Positions 24,537 to 39,624 of a stretch of DNA of 64,000 bases are shown one piece after another (position 1 is the first letter of the stretch; every line of letters starts with the position of its first letter). The notes beneath the pieces were generated by a model that was not told the origin of the DNA, searched no databases, and saw only the letters and a program-made list of their open reading frames with translations. The translations under genes and the position numbers were made by a program. This DNA comes from Hormiphora californensis (Eukaryota; Animalia; Ctenophora), in contig CM035350.1 in assembly GCA_020137815.1 (NCBI GenBank), forward strand, positions 7,006,001-7,070,000, read 5' to 3'.

Positions 24537-24629
<93 letters not shown>

Positions 24630-24744
24630 TTCTCCCTCTCTCTATTTTTCCTTTTCTCAGTTGAAGCATAATGTGGTGGATGCTTGTCACATTTAGCTTG
24701 CTCGGTCGGATTGTTACAAGCACTCTCACATCTCTATCTCTCTC

Positions 24745-24816
<72 letters not shown>

Positions 24817-25968
24817 CATCTCTCTCTATCTCTTTAGTCTCTACCTCTCTCTCTCTCGTTCTACGTAGGATAGTAGTTGGCTCCTTTCCTTTTTACGCTT
24901 GCTCCATCTTATCTTCGATCTTGCTCCTACCAATTGTTCCCAAGCTTTAGTACAGAACCACTATTTACACTGTCAGATTACTGTATTACACACTTTGAAG
25001 GCTGTATAACACAACATTTGGGCGTAGCTTGCCTTGCTGGGGGGGTTCCCATGGTATACTTTGGTATACTTTGGCACTTTCCACAACTTTTTCAGCGATT
25101 TTCCATATACCAAAGTATACCAAAGTATACCAAAATATACCAAGGTATACCAAAGTATACCATAAAAATTTTGAAAAATGTAAAATTTAAGCGATAAGAT
25201 AAAATAATTGACTAAATTTGTAAAACTTCATCCTTATTTCGTTCTAAATTGGTAATATAAAGCTTATTAAACTGATTTTTACGTATGTTACATCACCCGG
25301 CTAGTGCTCAAGGCTGGCCAGTGGCCACTCAGTGGCCAGGGGTTCAATTCCCGGTTGAGGCAATTTTTGAAAATTATTTACAGACTTTACCAAATACTGT
25401 TTGAACTTTTTCTTGACTTTTTAAAAAGTTTTTTATCGCACTCAAATGAGTCCCAATTTGTCAAACCCCAGTTTTGTGACTCATCATTTCATAGGCAAAA
25501 TAAGTTTCCTCGATTCTATGAAATTAGCCAATTTAGCCTAGTTAACCTTAAGTTTATGAGTTAAGAAAGTTTATACAAACTGTTTTAAAGCCTTAATTAT
25601 TGTAAATTAACACTTTAAAGTACGTAAAGCTATTAAAAAGATATGGTATACTTTGGTATACTTTGGTACCTTCCACATATTTTTTTGGAATTTTCCATAT
25701 GCCAAAGTATACCAAAGTATACCATGGGAACCCCCCCGCCTTGCTCGACCCTGTTTCCCACGCCCAAGTGTAAAGGAGGGTTAGAACATATCAAATGTGG
25801 GCGTCATAACTGCAGCTGTAGTAGTGGTAGTCTAACCCAGTTACTGCGACAGTAGGACAATACCTCAGCTGCAGCTGTGTATTTGCTCTGTAACTGACAG
25901 ATTTAGCACACTCTCACACACACTCACCCTACCGCTGCTGCTGCAGTGATGTAACTAATCTACCACCG

Positions 25969-26037
<69 letters not shown>

Positions 26038-26040
26038 TCT

Positions 26041-26072
<32 letters not shown>

Positions 26073-26942
26073 CATCCACTTTCTTGTCTGTAAGTTTGTG
26101 TATGCAATTCTGTGTTGCTCGGTGACGAAGTAAATCAATCTGATCAATTCCTTCCACCTCTTTACCGTCCACCCCTCGTGACTCCTATCCCTCCTGATAC
26201 AAACAGACGAGCAGGCAACTTTCTTCATGTACCACAGAGTGACCCTACCAAACATGTCACCAATACCTCATCTCTTCCTACCATTCTTTATTGCTTGAAA
26301 AGTGCCTGGATTAGGTGTTTCTAAATAGTGTTTACACTGGCAAGTGTCGGTGGATGATGATAATACGGTGTAAGCATCTCACGGATCCATATAATCGAGT
26401 AATGGCTACCATACCAATAGGATATAGAAACCATTGTCCTTGCCAAATGTATTCATCTCTCTCTGGTGTCTACCAATCTATCTCTCTCTATTTGATCTTT
26501 CGCTACAATGGTGTGCCGTGAAACTTTTGTAGTACTTTTAGGACATCTCCCCAGTATATATGGCTTTTTCGAGGCTACTTTGAAGCGTGACAACTGGTCT
26601 CATCTCTCACATAAACGATGAATTTTGATATGTGTGCGACGACTTACTCCCTATAATTGCTGATATTGCCCTTGACGACAATTTAGTAACTTTCAATCGG
26701 TGGTACTCACCATCATTTTCTACATCATTTGTTTGTTTTGTTGACAGCACAGCTAATGAGTGTGAGTGGCCATCACGTATCATACAGATCTGCTTGAGAT
26801 TGTGCTGTACTGCTTTCTATCCTCTCTCCCCCATTTTGTCGCCATCGCTCTCTTCCAACTTTATATTGCTCCACTTTGTCTTATCACAAGCAGAGATAGA
26901 GAGATTAGAAGATATCTCTCCCTCTCTATCTCTCACTCTCTC

Positions 26943-27027
<85 letters not shown>

Positions 27028-30000
27028 TACTACTACAGTTTAATGGCAATCGAACAGCGATATCGTGACAGATAATATCGCATATAATATTTGAGATTGG
27101 AAGAGAACTGTGTAGAGATGACCTTTCAATATGGACGGAACGCACAAAAAAGATGCACCAAGTGTGTTTCTGTTGAAAGTAAGATATTGAATTGTGTTAT
27201 CAGATACATGGGGGAGCGGGGGTAAAGTTTTCCTTATTATTGGCAACATTGATTTATGATGTTGGTAGATAAAGTAACCTGCTGCAGGCTGTTGGCTCCT
27301 GAAGCAGCATGAGTTATGTATGCAAGCCTGGAAATTAGAAATGTTGTATTTTGGGTGTCATGTTTCTCTCTCCCTCACCCACTTCTTACTTTGGGATGTC
27401 ATCGCCTGTCTCCACGCCCGTTTGTACACGCCACACACACAGACTTGTATACGAAAATATGCATTTGAAAGTATTTATGGGGGTATATAACATTTATTGA
27501 AGGGGTAAAATTAATTGGGGGGGGGGGGGGGTGTGCGGGTGGGGCGAGTGCCACTACTTTTGAATTCTTACATCATTCTAGTTATATTAAACTGCTTTCC
27601 ACCCACCCCTCTACTACTAAACTAGCATTACTAGCATAACTAACCCCCCTTCCTTCACAGAATTACGAGACCAGTTCGAGACGGAAAAGGCTCGGTTGAT
27701 GCAGAGCATGTTTGAGCTCCGGACCGAGAAGATCAGATTAGAAGAGGAGCTGGACATCATCAAAGATGCAGATAGGGAGAAAGCAATCCAGCTGAGGCAG
27801 ATATATGATCAACATCAGAGGGAGATTGCCACTCTTAGGAGATCTTCTGCCGTGGAGAATCGAAAACAGGTGAGACAGATTTAACCCTGCTCTCGCATAG
27901 ATTAGATAGAGAGAGAGGGGTGTGTTCAGTGTTAATCTTTGAATTCGTGGTAGTACATCATCATGATTCATCTACCTCACTGCATATATATTGCATATAC
28001 GCCATGCCACCCACACCGATAATGACGTCAAATATAATGTGATGAATGAATGACGTAACGATTGAATGGTAACGCCTCGTATTGCAGTAAACATATCACG
28101 GGTCTCACTCACCGTCCACACTTGTAGAATTGAAGGAGAATCAGAGCCGGCCATCTGGTGAGGAACACCGCATTCATAAACACACATTTGTAACACCTTT
28201 ACCCCTAACAGATCATGTCTCTCTGCATAATGTACAATATATTGGTGGACACCATCTCCCTCAGCTCCGGTCTCTATAATTATCAATCACTGCCCAAGGG
28301 GGGGGGGGACACCAGCTTGCATCCCTCCGATCACTGTATTTCACTAATATATTTTTTTTCAGATGGAAGAAATGCGCTCTATGGAAAGAAAGGTTATGGA
28401 CAGAGAAAAGGAATTGTCGCGGAAAAACAAGCGGCTTTCCCAAATCGAGGTAGTTTCAAGTTTAAATTTTCAAGTTACTTTTTTCTGCACCACCCTGTAA
28501 AATATATTCACTCCGAATCATTGTTTTTCCATTTATCAATCGCACCATGAAAACGGCTGTCTCCTTGGTTATGGAGAGAGTGAAGGTATGATATTAATTC
28601 GGTAGGAATGCGAGTTAAAGAATGTGAGAATGTGTGTTGGAGAATATATGTTGTTGAAAGATCTGAATATACCTCAGTGCGAGTCAATGTACGTCACTCT
28701 GTGCGTGTGTCAGTTTGTTAGTATGTAACATGGACGGAGAAATGCGGTCTGTCTCGTCTGGTGATTGGCCAGATACGCGAACAATATTGTATGTGTGAGA
28801 GAGAAGGGAGATTGTAAAGTTGCATTGTGTAAATAGCTAATTTCAACCAGATTAATGGAAAATATAGAATTCATACCCCAGTACATGTACAACAAAGAGA
28901 GGGCCATCTCTTTGTTGTACACAAAATACAGGCCTCTGTTTCATGATTTTAGCAGTTTGTTGTAATTCTCATTCTCCCCCCCTCCCCCTTCGAATCTAGC
29001 CAACTGTCTTACCACTTTGTTCTAAGGGATGCAATCCACTTACTTTTAAAGACTCTGTCATTCGTGAGAGGGACATAGTATGTATATTGTATATGGGACG
29101 AAGAAGAAGATAACTGGGACAGTGTCATTGTTCACGTACAGGAGAAGAGAGATAGTGTTATGAGTTAGGCCCATAGCTTTTAGAGAGATTTATGTGTTTG
29201 TGTTTCTCTATGACCAGCAAACGAGAGAGCTATAAATAGTCCCCCATAGAGTGGTATCCCACAGAGAATAGTCAAACACAGAATAATTGTAAAATATTCA
29301 GGGATATTCACTTGTTCTTAGCATAGTTAGGGCTGTTCAGCTATTGAACTAATATCCCAGCCCCCTCTTGAATCTCCACCCCTCTCATCTCAACCCCTCT
29401 CATTTCAACCCCTCTCATCTCCACCCCCTCTCATCTCCACCCCCTCTTGAATCTCCACCCCCTCTCATCTCAACCCCTCTCATCTCCACCCCTCTCATCT
29501 CCACCCCTCTCATCTCCACCCCTCTCATCTCCACCCCTGTCATCTCCACCCCTCTCATCTCCAACCCCCTCTCATCCCCACCCCTCTCATCTCCACCCCT
29601 CCCAGGTATCGAAAGAAGAGCTGCAGGACGTTAACGAAAAAAACTAAACGAGAGCTCATTTATCTATTAAATTCGACTTTAACTCCCCTTTAGCCCGTAC
29701 GTTCTAAAATCACACACAACCTGATCTTTTGGGCCCACTCGGCCCTTTTCAAATGTAAAAGGGGGTTTAAAAAATCCTTTTGATCTTTTTCCTACCCGGG
29801 GGGCCCCCTTTTCAATGAAAGGGGGTTTTGAACTCACTATCTGATCGTTTGCCTAGCTCGGCCCTTTACAAATGTAAAGGAGGGTTAGAACATCACTATC
29901 TGATCGTTTGCCTAGCTCAGCCCTTTACAAATGCAAATCGTGCAGTACTAGCAATAATAGTGAATCTATACCGCGACTGGCTCTTGCAGTTTATACAAGT

Positions 30001-33000
30001 TACAAGCTTTGGTATCTATATTAAAATATGCGGGTTATTCGAGAAAGTTCTACCCCATGTTTCCCCAGCATACCCCACCAATTATTAAGTCTGTTGGTGG
30101 TGGCCGGGCAATCTCCAGGTCCTCCTCCTCAACCTTCTCGCCTGGCGGTGCCCGGGTCAGCGGGGGAGTATTTTTTCCCCTGTACGGAGGTCCTGTGTAC
30201 CCCCCAGCCCCCAAAAAAGGGGCCGCTCCCGGCATTGGAATGGATCGAATCAGCCGGTTAGAAAATGGTTGGTGATTAAAACCAGCTATTATGTGTGGGA
30301 TTTAAAGTTGATTCGCTCAGGGGGGGTTTTTGGTCAAAAAAATATAGCCCAGGTTTCTATTTCCTTACTGCCTAATGGATAAATTTATTGATGTGTCCCC
30401 TATGTCCCCATTTTTTATCTTTCTTTTTCTGCCCTTTTCTTTCTATTCTCCTTCTGTTATCTTCCTCCTAATTTTCTTCTATTTCTTTCTTCCTATTTCT
30501 CTCTGTGTATCTCTNNNNNNNNNNNNNNNNNNNNNNNNNNNNNNNNNNNNNNNNNNNNNNNNNNNNNNNNNNNNNNNNNNNNNNNNNNNNNNNNNNNNNN
30601 NNNNNNNNNNNNNNCCCTTTCCTTTTGGGAACCCCTTTTTTTTCGGTACTTTCTTTCTTTAAATAAAATTTAAAGAAAAACAAAGGGACAGAGAAAAATG
30701 GGGCAAGCCATTTTTCAGAACAGAAAGAGAAGAGAGAAGAGAGAGAGAGAGAGGGGGAAAAGGGGGGAGAGGAGGAAGAGGAGGAGAGGGGAGGGGAAGA
30801 AGAGAGAGAGAGATAGGCAGAGTTTATAAACTTTGACTATTTTTTTTTTTTACAGCCATGCCACTGCCTCTCCCATTTTCTGAAAAAATCGAGGGAACCC
30901 AAAAGATCCCCCCCCCCCCCTTGGTGGTTTCTAAAACTCAAAAAGGAGAAAAGGGGGTGTTAAAGAGAGGGAGGGAGAGAGATTTATGAAAATATCGAAT
31001 TAAAACACATTTTGCGGTCTCACAACCCAGTCTATTTTCCCTAATTAGTCCTAAGAAAGTGACTTGGAGTGGACCGGGGAAAATTCTTTTCCGGCGCTAA
31101 AAAAAAACGGTGTTTTAAAAAAGTTTTTTGAGGTTGAACCCTAGGGGTTTGCCCTGGGAGTTTAAAAAAACCCGGGTGAAAGAAGGGAAAATTTTTGGAG
31201 AACCCACTTGAGATTTTTTCGTTTTTCATCCCTTTTTTGAGGACAGTCTGGTAAAGAGTTTAAAACCTCTCAAAAATGAAAAAACTAAAAATGAAGTGTT
31301 CACGGTTTTGATCATGCGAAACCTTTTAATTAAACCCTTTTTACGGGAATTTCACTGGGCTTAGGGACGGTTTTTGGAATCCCCCAGTGAAAAAAAATTT
31401 GGAAAAAATTCCCTTATTTGCCTTCGGCAAACTTTTTTCCCTAAAACCCCCCCCTCAAATTTGCTAGTTTTTTGGAGCAACGCAGATTCGGGGGTCCCAC
31501 TCCAGCCCCCCGATTATTCAAAGCTGCTGGATGCACAGATTGCCTCACTGACTGTCGAATGACAGTAACGCGCAGAGCCACCCTTGTGGGGTACTCGGCG
31601 CGTTCTGTGAATCTAATCTCACGGTGCGCGCACCCACGACATCAATTTCAGATGCTGTCTGCCAAATCACTTGTCTACCTCCCCCCTTTGGCATGACTTC
31701 TCCTCCCCTCTATCTCCTCCTCTCTCCCTGTATCTCTGATCTCTTACTCTTATCTGTGTGACAGCTTCCATTCTCCGCTCCTCCTCTATATCTTCTCTCT
31801 ATCTTTTCCTATCTAGTATCTATCTTCTCCTATCTATCTCCCTTCTCTCCCTGTATATCCTTCTTTATCTGATCTCTCATTCTGCGGCTACTTCAATCCT
31901 CCCCTCTCTATCTTTTCTATCTAAATCTCTGGTGTGTGTGATCGTGCAGTAAGCAATATAATTGTGGGGATTGTGTATCTAACCATGCTAAAGCTAACTC
32001 CCAAGGAAAGCATCGAGAACCAAGCACTACAATTGGAGCTAAACGAGGCACTGGGAGATGAGAAACCCAAGGATGAGATGGTCAACGAACTGAAATCTAA
32101 GGTATTGTTGTTCACACGTCATTGAGTCGCCTGACACCTGTCTGGCGCCGCCCACCCCATCTGAGCGCACTATCGCAAATTGACAGCCTGACACTATGTA
32201 TGAACAATACAAACACTTAACTTCACAGACATTGTCCTCTGATCCCTCCTCTCCACTTAGATCGTATCGTTGGAACAAGATTACCAGAAGCTAAACAACA
32301 CTAAAAAGGAGCAGGAAGAGCATCTGAGCAACCAGAATACTCGTCTAGCGGAGGAGCTCTCTGCCCTCAAGGGATACAAGAGTCAACTGGAGGAGCAGCT
32401 TAATACCACTAAAGCCGTGGTATGTGTAATACAAACCTGACATAATCCATAATAATATGACTTATTTGATATTGTGATGGTTTCTGACTGACATTTCCCC
32501 TCGACTAACCAATACACCGACAATAACAGGATGACGCGGTTTCGTGCTGGCTTGGCCCGGCCCGGTCGAGCCCTCACACTTTTCTAAAACTCCCACAACA
32601 GATGAAAACCCTCTCGACGGAAAACTCGACCCTCAAGCAACAACAGAATAACAATCCTGGTGTTATGACACCGGCTGAAAAAGAGAAACAACTGAGGGAG
32701 TCACAAAATCTGAGGAACGAGATCGAGATGCTTCGGGCTGAGAAACAAAAGTTGTTAGACGGAGAGGCAGCTACTAAAATAAAGGTTTGTGATATATTGT
32801 TTGTCTGTTTGTCTGTTTGTTTGTGGTATCTTGGTGGGTATTGTACAGTGTTGTTCAAGTGCAGGAGTTACAGGAGAGGGCTCGCCGACGGCGCCATTCC
32901 TCCATTTTGGACCGTGTACCGGGATGGAGGGGGGAGGATGGTGGAACCAACAACAGTAGGCACGATGGGGAGGAGGAGCCTAGCGACTTTCTTGGAGTGA

Positions 33001-36000
33001 CTCAACTCTTCTTCTCTGTGATGAAGAAGTGACAATATACTGATCTACAATACTGATACATTACTAATACATTACTAGTACATTACCATACTGATACTGA
33101 TGCAATGATAGTACGAATAACTTGTTTTAAACCCCTTTTTATGTCTTTAAAGACTGACGAGTGACATAGGGCATAATGAGTGAGAGATTGAGAAAAGGAG
33201 GAAGCAATTGAAATAGTGATGCAGTGAGATACAGACAGAACCAGTGAGATAAACAGGGCGAGTAAAATCGTATTTGTGACTAACATGTATTTTTATTTAC
33301 CACAAAGACAACTAACAGAATTTTACTGACCTCCTCCTCCCAATCGCTGCTGGTGATGGCTTATAACGTCACGTGTTTTACAGTGTTTGTACACCAGGAA
33401 TTCTCCATACTATGTGTCTGTGTGTGTTGTCTCTAACGATGTGTTGCATAGAGCCCCTTTCAGATAAAGCTGCTGGAGGAGGTTCAGATGGAGCTCGTTA
33501 AGAAGGAGGAGAAGAATAGCCGCTTTTATGACGAGGTCTCCCAGGTATATCTCTATTTCTTAGCTCTCTCTCTCTCTCTTTTGGGGATCTAGCTATACTC
33601 TCAAGAGCCTTTTGTTTTGCTGGGGTTGCTGAATAATTTCAAGTTTGTGTGTGTGTGTGTGTGCGTTTCAAAGTCAGTAAAATATTTAAATGCTGCAAAG
33701 AATAAAGATGGATATTCATTTGAAAGAAGCCCCCTTTTACATCTACATCTGTGTGTGTCAGTAGCATATAACAGCTACAGCGTGATCCCCCTGTTCATTA
33801 TATGGCACTGTGTGTTCATTGCAGAAGCTGTCACTTGTTACGAAGGAAAAGAAAGATCTAGCGCAACGTGTTGAGGAATATGAGATGCAGGTACACTCAC
33901 ATTATACACACACTGTACATACACATTGTACATATATACACACCCCCATGCCATACATGTTCCCACTCTCACACGCTAAATGTTTCAAAATGCACGTCAA
34001 TGTGTCTGGGACACCCTATATTAAGGGTACACCTCGGCGAAATTTTTGTCGAATGCCCGCTTAGCTCACCATATGGGGTTGTAGGGCATACCCAGGGGAC
34101 AATTGTTAGGAGCACCTAATATCCAATTTTTAGCCTTAACGGTTCATAGGAACATGTCCAAATATGGCCTCAAAGACGAAAAAAAGTAAAATGGTCTCAG
34201 ACAAAAAATTGAGCACCATTTCAAAAATCGCCGCTTGGGCTGATACACCTTGGTATCCTCTACAAATCCCCAAAAATTCAGCCTTCTAGCCCTATAATTA
34301 AAATTTAGGAACCTTAAAAACCGCGATTTAGGGTCCTCTTTTTTCCAACTTTGAGGGGCTATAGCAAAAATATGAATTCGAGTTAAGTGCTAAAATTGCA
34401 TATTTGAGGTCCCCTGGGTATGCCCTACAACCCCATATGGTGAGCTAAGCGGGCACTCGACAAAAATTTCGCCGAGGTGTACCCTTAACTCATTAGGTGC
34501 CCGTTAGATGCAATGCCACCATGTAGATCACTTTGAATCGATTGATAACTATATAGATCTCACTGAATCGATTGAAAAGCTCAAATCACGATGATAATGT
34601 TGCGCAAAAATAATATGCTGCAATATCACTCCGATACTCTATTGTTAGCTCTTTCAACCCGGGCATAACCAACCAGATCCAAGATCCAAGATCACTATTT
34701 TTAGAATCAGATTCAAGATCCAAGATCACTTTATTTTAGAATCAGATTCAAGATCCAAGATCACTTTATTTTAGAATCAAACCCCGCTTGTAATATATAT
34801 TGCAACCGCCAGCCGATTGATCAGTGTCCATTGTATTTTACCTCCTTGATCGTTCGTAATGTCCTATTACCGTACTACCCCACTCGACTACTATATATAA
34901 GAATGAGAGTGTGTGGGCACGAGTGTGATGTTGTGCTGTAATTTGTGAAGTTTATCTGGCTGGCAACTGCATGATATCCTGGACCTCTCTGCATCTACCT
35001 CCTCTCATGCACGTAAACTCCCCAGATCACACCTCATTACAATTGCTCCTTCATAAAACTAACCATCCCCCATGTGTAGCGACGATATGAAGCGGAGGAG
35101 ATGGCAGCGATGTTGAACGATCGAAACGAGTATCTCCAGCAACTCGAGAAGGTACATGTCCTTGAAACGTGCTATCAATATGATACTACCCTTATTATTG
35201 ATCTTTGTCATTTGGCCAGGCCAAATTGGCCTATATTCCCAGAATAAATTAGTCCGGCTGTCCCCTGAAAACCGATTGTAATTTTAACTGCTCGCTGTTT
35301 TCGTTGTATTTTCTCTCATTCCTTTCAGAGTATAGCTCAGCTAAAGAATTGTGAGGTACTCCCACCCCCTCTTTGTAATCAGTGTGTGTCTATATTTTAA
35401 TGTGGGATCGGTGTGACAATGTGTGATCAGTAGTGGTGTGAATACCCCCATAATGATATGTCATCTCGTACCCCCGATATATTCATGCCCCCTCCCCCAT
35501 TTTATGCATGCGTGTGCAGCACCTGAAATTCGTGGGGCATTTGTTGTGTTGTACATTACTAAACAAAACAACAGCCACCAACGCTGTTTACTGACAACAA
35601 TCTCTCCTCCTCGACTGGCAATATATTTATTATACCCACTACAAGTATTTACAGCTCTCCGGCCTGATCACCCCCTCCTTGGACAATGATCCAGCTCCAT
35701 TATACATTGCACCTGCACACTAGACAAATGACCCCTCATACCAATACTCCCTCCTAGCACCTGCCCCAACATCCCTAGCGTCCCCACCCTATACGACAAG
35801 TGTGTGAGAGGGAGTCATTACTCATCTCCATCACACCTTGGTGAAAACTTTTGACGACCCCCTCCACGCCCTTTTTTCATTAAACTACACATATATATCC
35901 CCAACTACCAATATGTTTCACCTTCAACACTCTCACAACCCTTTCCCCCCGCTCTAGGAGCTAAGCAAGTTTGGCAATAGCACTCCCAATAACAGATCAG

Positions 36001-39000
36001 CGTGTACCACATCAACGACAGACGATACGACATTTACAGACATATCTAGCCTACCGACAGACCGACCGACACCCAGTAGCAGCAAGAGTGCGACCCTTAC
36101 TGACGTGCCCAGTAGTGTGCCGGTACAGGTGTATGAAGAATTCATGTCGGGTGTTGCCCCGAAACTGGGTATTGCTGAGAGTGGGGTGTTGGGGAGACAG
36201 AAGAAGAAAGATGATGATATTGACCATGGGGCTTGTAGTAGTAGTAGTGGTAGTTTGATTGTGACTGGGGGTAGTAGTGGTAGTCTGGTGGGGGGTCATG
36301 ATGTTGCTCATTACGATCCGGGTGGTTGGGACGACTTCTCAGACTTGGTAACCGACAGTACCCCCGGAGGAGGGAGGGGTGAGGATGACACGAGACCAGT
36401 GGTGTCGGACAACAGTAGTCAGATGTGGGATCAGTTCTCAGACCTCGCATCCACCGTTAAGGGTGATGGGTGTGAGCGGTGTAATAGAGAGTGTTATGAT
36501 AAAATGACAATGACCGATCTAGATGACGATAACTGTATACCACTTCACTATATTGACAATCTACTAAAGGATCTTGTCAGCTAGTGAGATACAATATTTC
36601 CCTTTTTATGTCAGTAAAAACATATATCGTTTTGCGTGTGGTGTTTCCCATAAAACTTCCATTTTACATTATTCTCCCACACTCACACGTTACCCCATAC
36701 TCACACGTTACTCCCACACTCACGCGTTACTCCCACACTCACGCGTTACTCCCACACGCACACGTTACTCCCACACTCACGCGTTACTCCCACACTCACG
36801 CGTTACTCCCACACTCACGCGGTACTCCCACACTCACGCGTTACTCACGCGTGTACCCCAGGACAAAGAGTACCTGAAGAAGGAGTGTGAGACGTATCGG
36901 TTGAGCAACATGAAGCTGGAAAGTAGGACTGCAGAAGATGGAGGCTAAACTCAGTCCTGACAGTTCTGGTCTTATCAACAGGATAAACGAACTTGAGGAA
37001 GCGACAGAGGTAGGAATGTGTTTCCCCTTCAGATTTCTATGTGTCCGTGTTATGAATGAACAACTCAAATTATAAGAATGAACAAAACTGCATGTGTGTG
37101 TGTGCGCAGGGATTTGCAGGGATAGAGAGAGGAGTACCGAAAAGCATCCATTATATATCTCACTCACACATCCCTCTATCTAAGGTCAAATCCAGAGTCC
37201 TAGACAAAGCTAAACAAGTAAGATTCTGCATCGAGATTCACATTCTTAATATCCTGCCTGTGTGTGTGGGGGCCGTGTGTGGTTGTCTTTGTGCACGCTG
37301 AATCATATCACAATTCTTAGTAAATTATTCACTGCACCTTCCAATAATAACATAACTCATCATATATCATGATAATACTGCTCCACTCACATTATTTGCA
37401 CAATCATTTCTTCTAATGAGAACAACTCGATTTCTCCGACTCATTTCGCTCCGTCTGCACATTCCGCAGAGCTCCTGCAGTAACGACCACTATGATAAGT
37501 CAACCAGTTATTGGAAGGTATAGATCGCTAATTTCTCAAGCCGACCAGCTTCAATTAAACATATATACTAGCTCTATATTGGTTTAGATTATTGAGCAAT
37601 ATAATTCTGCAGATAGCTCTGACTTTCAAGCCACTTTCGATCACAAAAGACATGCCACGCGTGATACATACGTTTCTAACACATATAGCACACAGCTGAT
37701 AATTTTATCATGATATCTCTGCATTTATCTCTCTCCTTTCTCCCTTTCTATCTCTCTCAAACCAGGTAGTGGAGGCTTTAAAAGTTTCAAACGAAGATCT
37801 GAAGAATCATATCCGACAATTTGAAGCAGAAAAAGTGGGTTTGATTCTCTCTCTGTCTCTTTTCTTTTTTACGCACGCGTGTTTTGATTCTGATATGTGA
37901 TCTCGTGTACTGTATCTGTTATGTTTCCATGGTGATATATGATCTGTGTGTTACCCAGGCAACTATCAAGAAGAGCCATAACGAGGAGCTACAGAGACTT
38001 ATCAGAACTCTGGATAAGAAGAACAAAGAACACAACCAGGTTAGAGATGGAGATGGGAATATCTTTTTGGGTTAGAGATGAATAGATTTTGTTAGTACTG
38101 TGGGTAAATATTGATGTTACTGTGGGTAGATATTGTTCGGTTCAAGATGGGCAGATCTTGTTTGGATCAGAGATCCAGGGTGGATATTGTTGGGTAAGGG
38201 ATAGGTAGTCGGGTAGATCCTGTTTGGATCAGGGTGCTGTATGATTTACTGGGATATGTTGTGGTGGTTCCCATGATCATACACAGTGAATAGGGTGTGC
38301 AAGTCATGAGTTATAATAAGGGCGTGGTAGTTGGGGGACGGAGTTGTGTAGTTTCACTATCAGTATTATATATTGTCTAGTGGCGGGGCGGGACTCTCCT
38401 TTTGGAGACAGCACCATCAACTCTATTGTACTCCATAAACACAGCTGACTAGTAATGAACTGTTCCTGCCAACAACTAGCATTCATTAAAAACTCCAAAG
38501 TTGTCCTACAATTATAGTTTGCACTTGTTATCTTCCTTCCTCTCTCGCTCAATGATTATCAGTCCTTGTTCTACTCTTATTATTTAATTTCTTTCTTCTT
38601 TACTCCACAGAGAGGCCCGTTTCAGACCATGCCTCTATAATTGCTCCCATATGGGGGGTGGACATGTGTAATTACGAAGAGTAAAACAGTGGTTACCATA
38701 GCAACCCCATTCACTCTATACACGTCACCCTAGCAACTGTCCTAGCCCCTTCCGGTACCCCTGCTCTCTCTCTCTCCCTTTCTCTGACTCCCATTATTTT
38801 CTTTCTCCTGTACTCTCTTCTTGTGTGTGTACAGTTTGTGCTGATCTATATACCGTGCGGTCATCATCATCATCTCATACGACCTGGATAGAGTTCATTT
38901 GTGGATAAAGAATACTCTTCAAAGAGAGAGAAAGAGAGAGAGAGGAAAGATCGTGCTCTGTGGACAGCTAAAATTAGGTACGCTCAGACTCAGAAAATGA

Positions 39001-39537
39001 GAGAAGGTAATTGCACAATTGCTAGATAGTCTGCGCTGTGTGGGCGTATATAGCTCTTCCAGCTCTTATATAAGTTGTATGAGAGTGATGGAGATGGAAC
39101 GAATGGGAGGTCGTGGCGGTCTGCAACACTGCTGCTATACTGTAAACTCTATAACGGTAAGAGATCTTCCGTCATTGGCTATTTTAACATACTGCAGACA
39201 GTGGACTCTATTTCTTGCTCTTGCACGGAAGCTCTTCTTTTCTTCCTCCCACGTTTACTTCTTTCCTACCCACTCGCTTACTTCTTCTATCTCTCCGAGC
39301 TAGTTCTATACTATTCTCTCTGGTTTTTTCGTTCTTCCGCTCTCGCATCTATCGTTATTATATTGTTCCGTGCCTTAGAGTAACTTTCTACACTACCAGT
39401 ATCTTTATCTGGCCAATTTCTAGTTCTGATAGTTTTCTCTGTTTTATTTGTGCGGATCTACTGGTAGTGGTGGAGGAGATGTTTTGTCTATTCCTCGAAA
39501 TCGGCACGTGCTACAGCTGTCCTGGGTGCCTTTTGTT

Positions 39538-39624
<87 letters not shown>

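Noticed and set aside
29650-31480. Possible foreign or HGT sequence near the gap
   Set aside because: Homopolymer-inflated read ends flanking the Ns, with no interpretable ORF.
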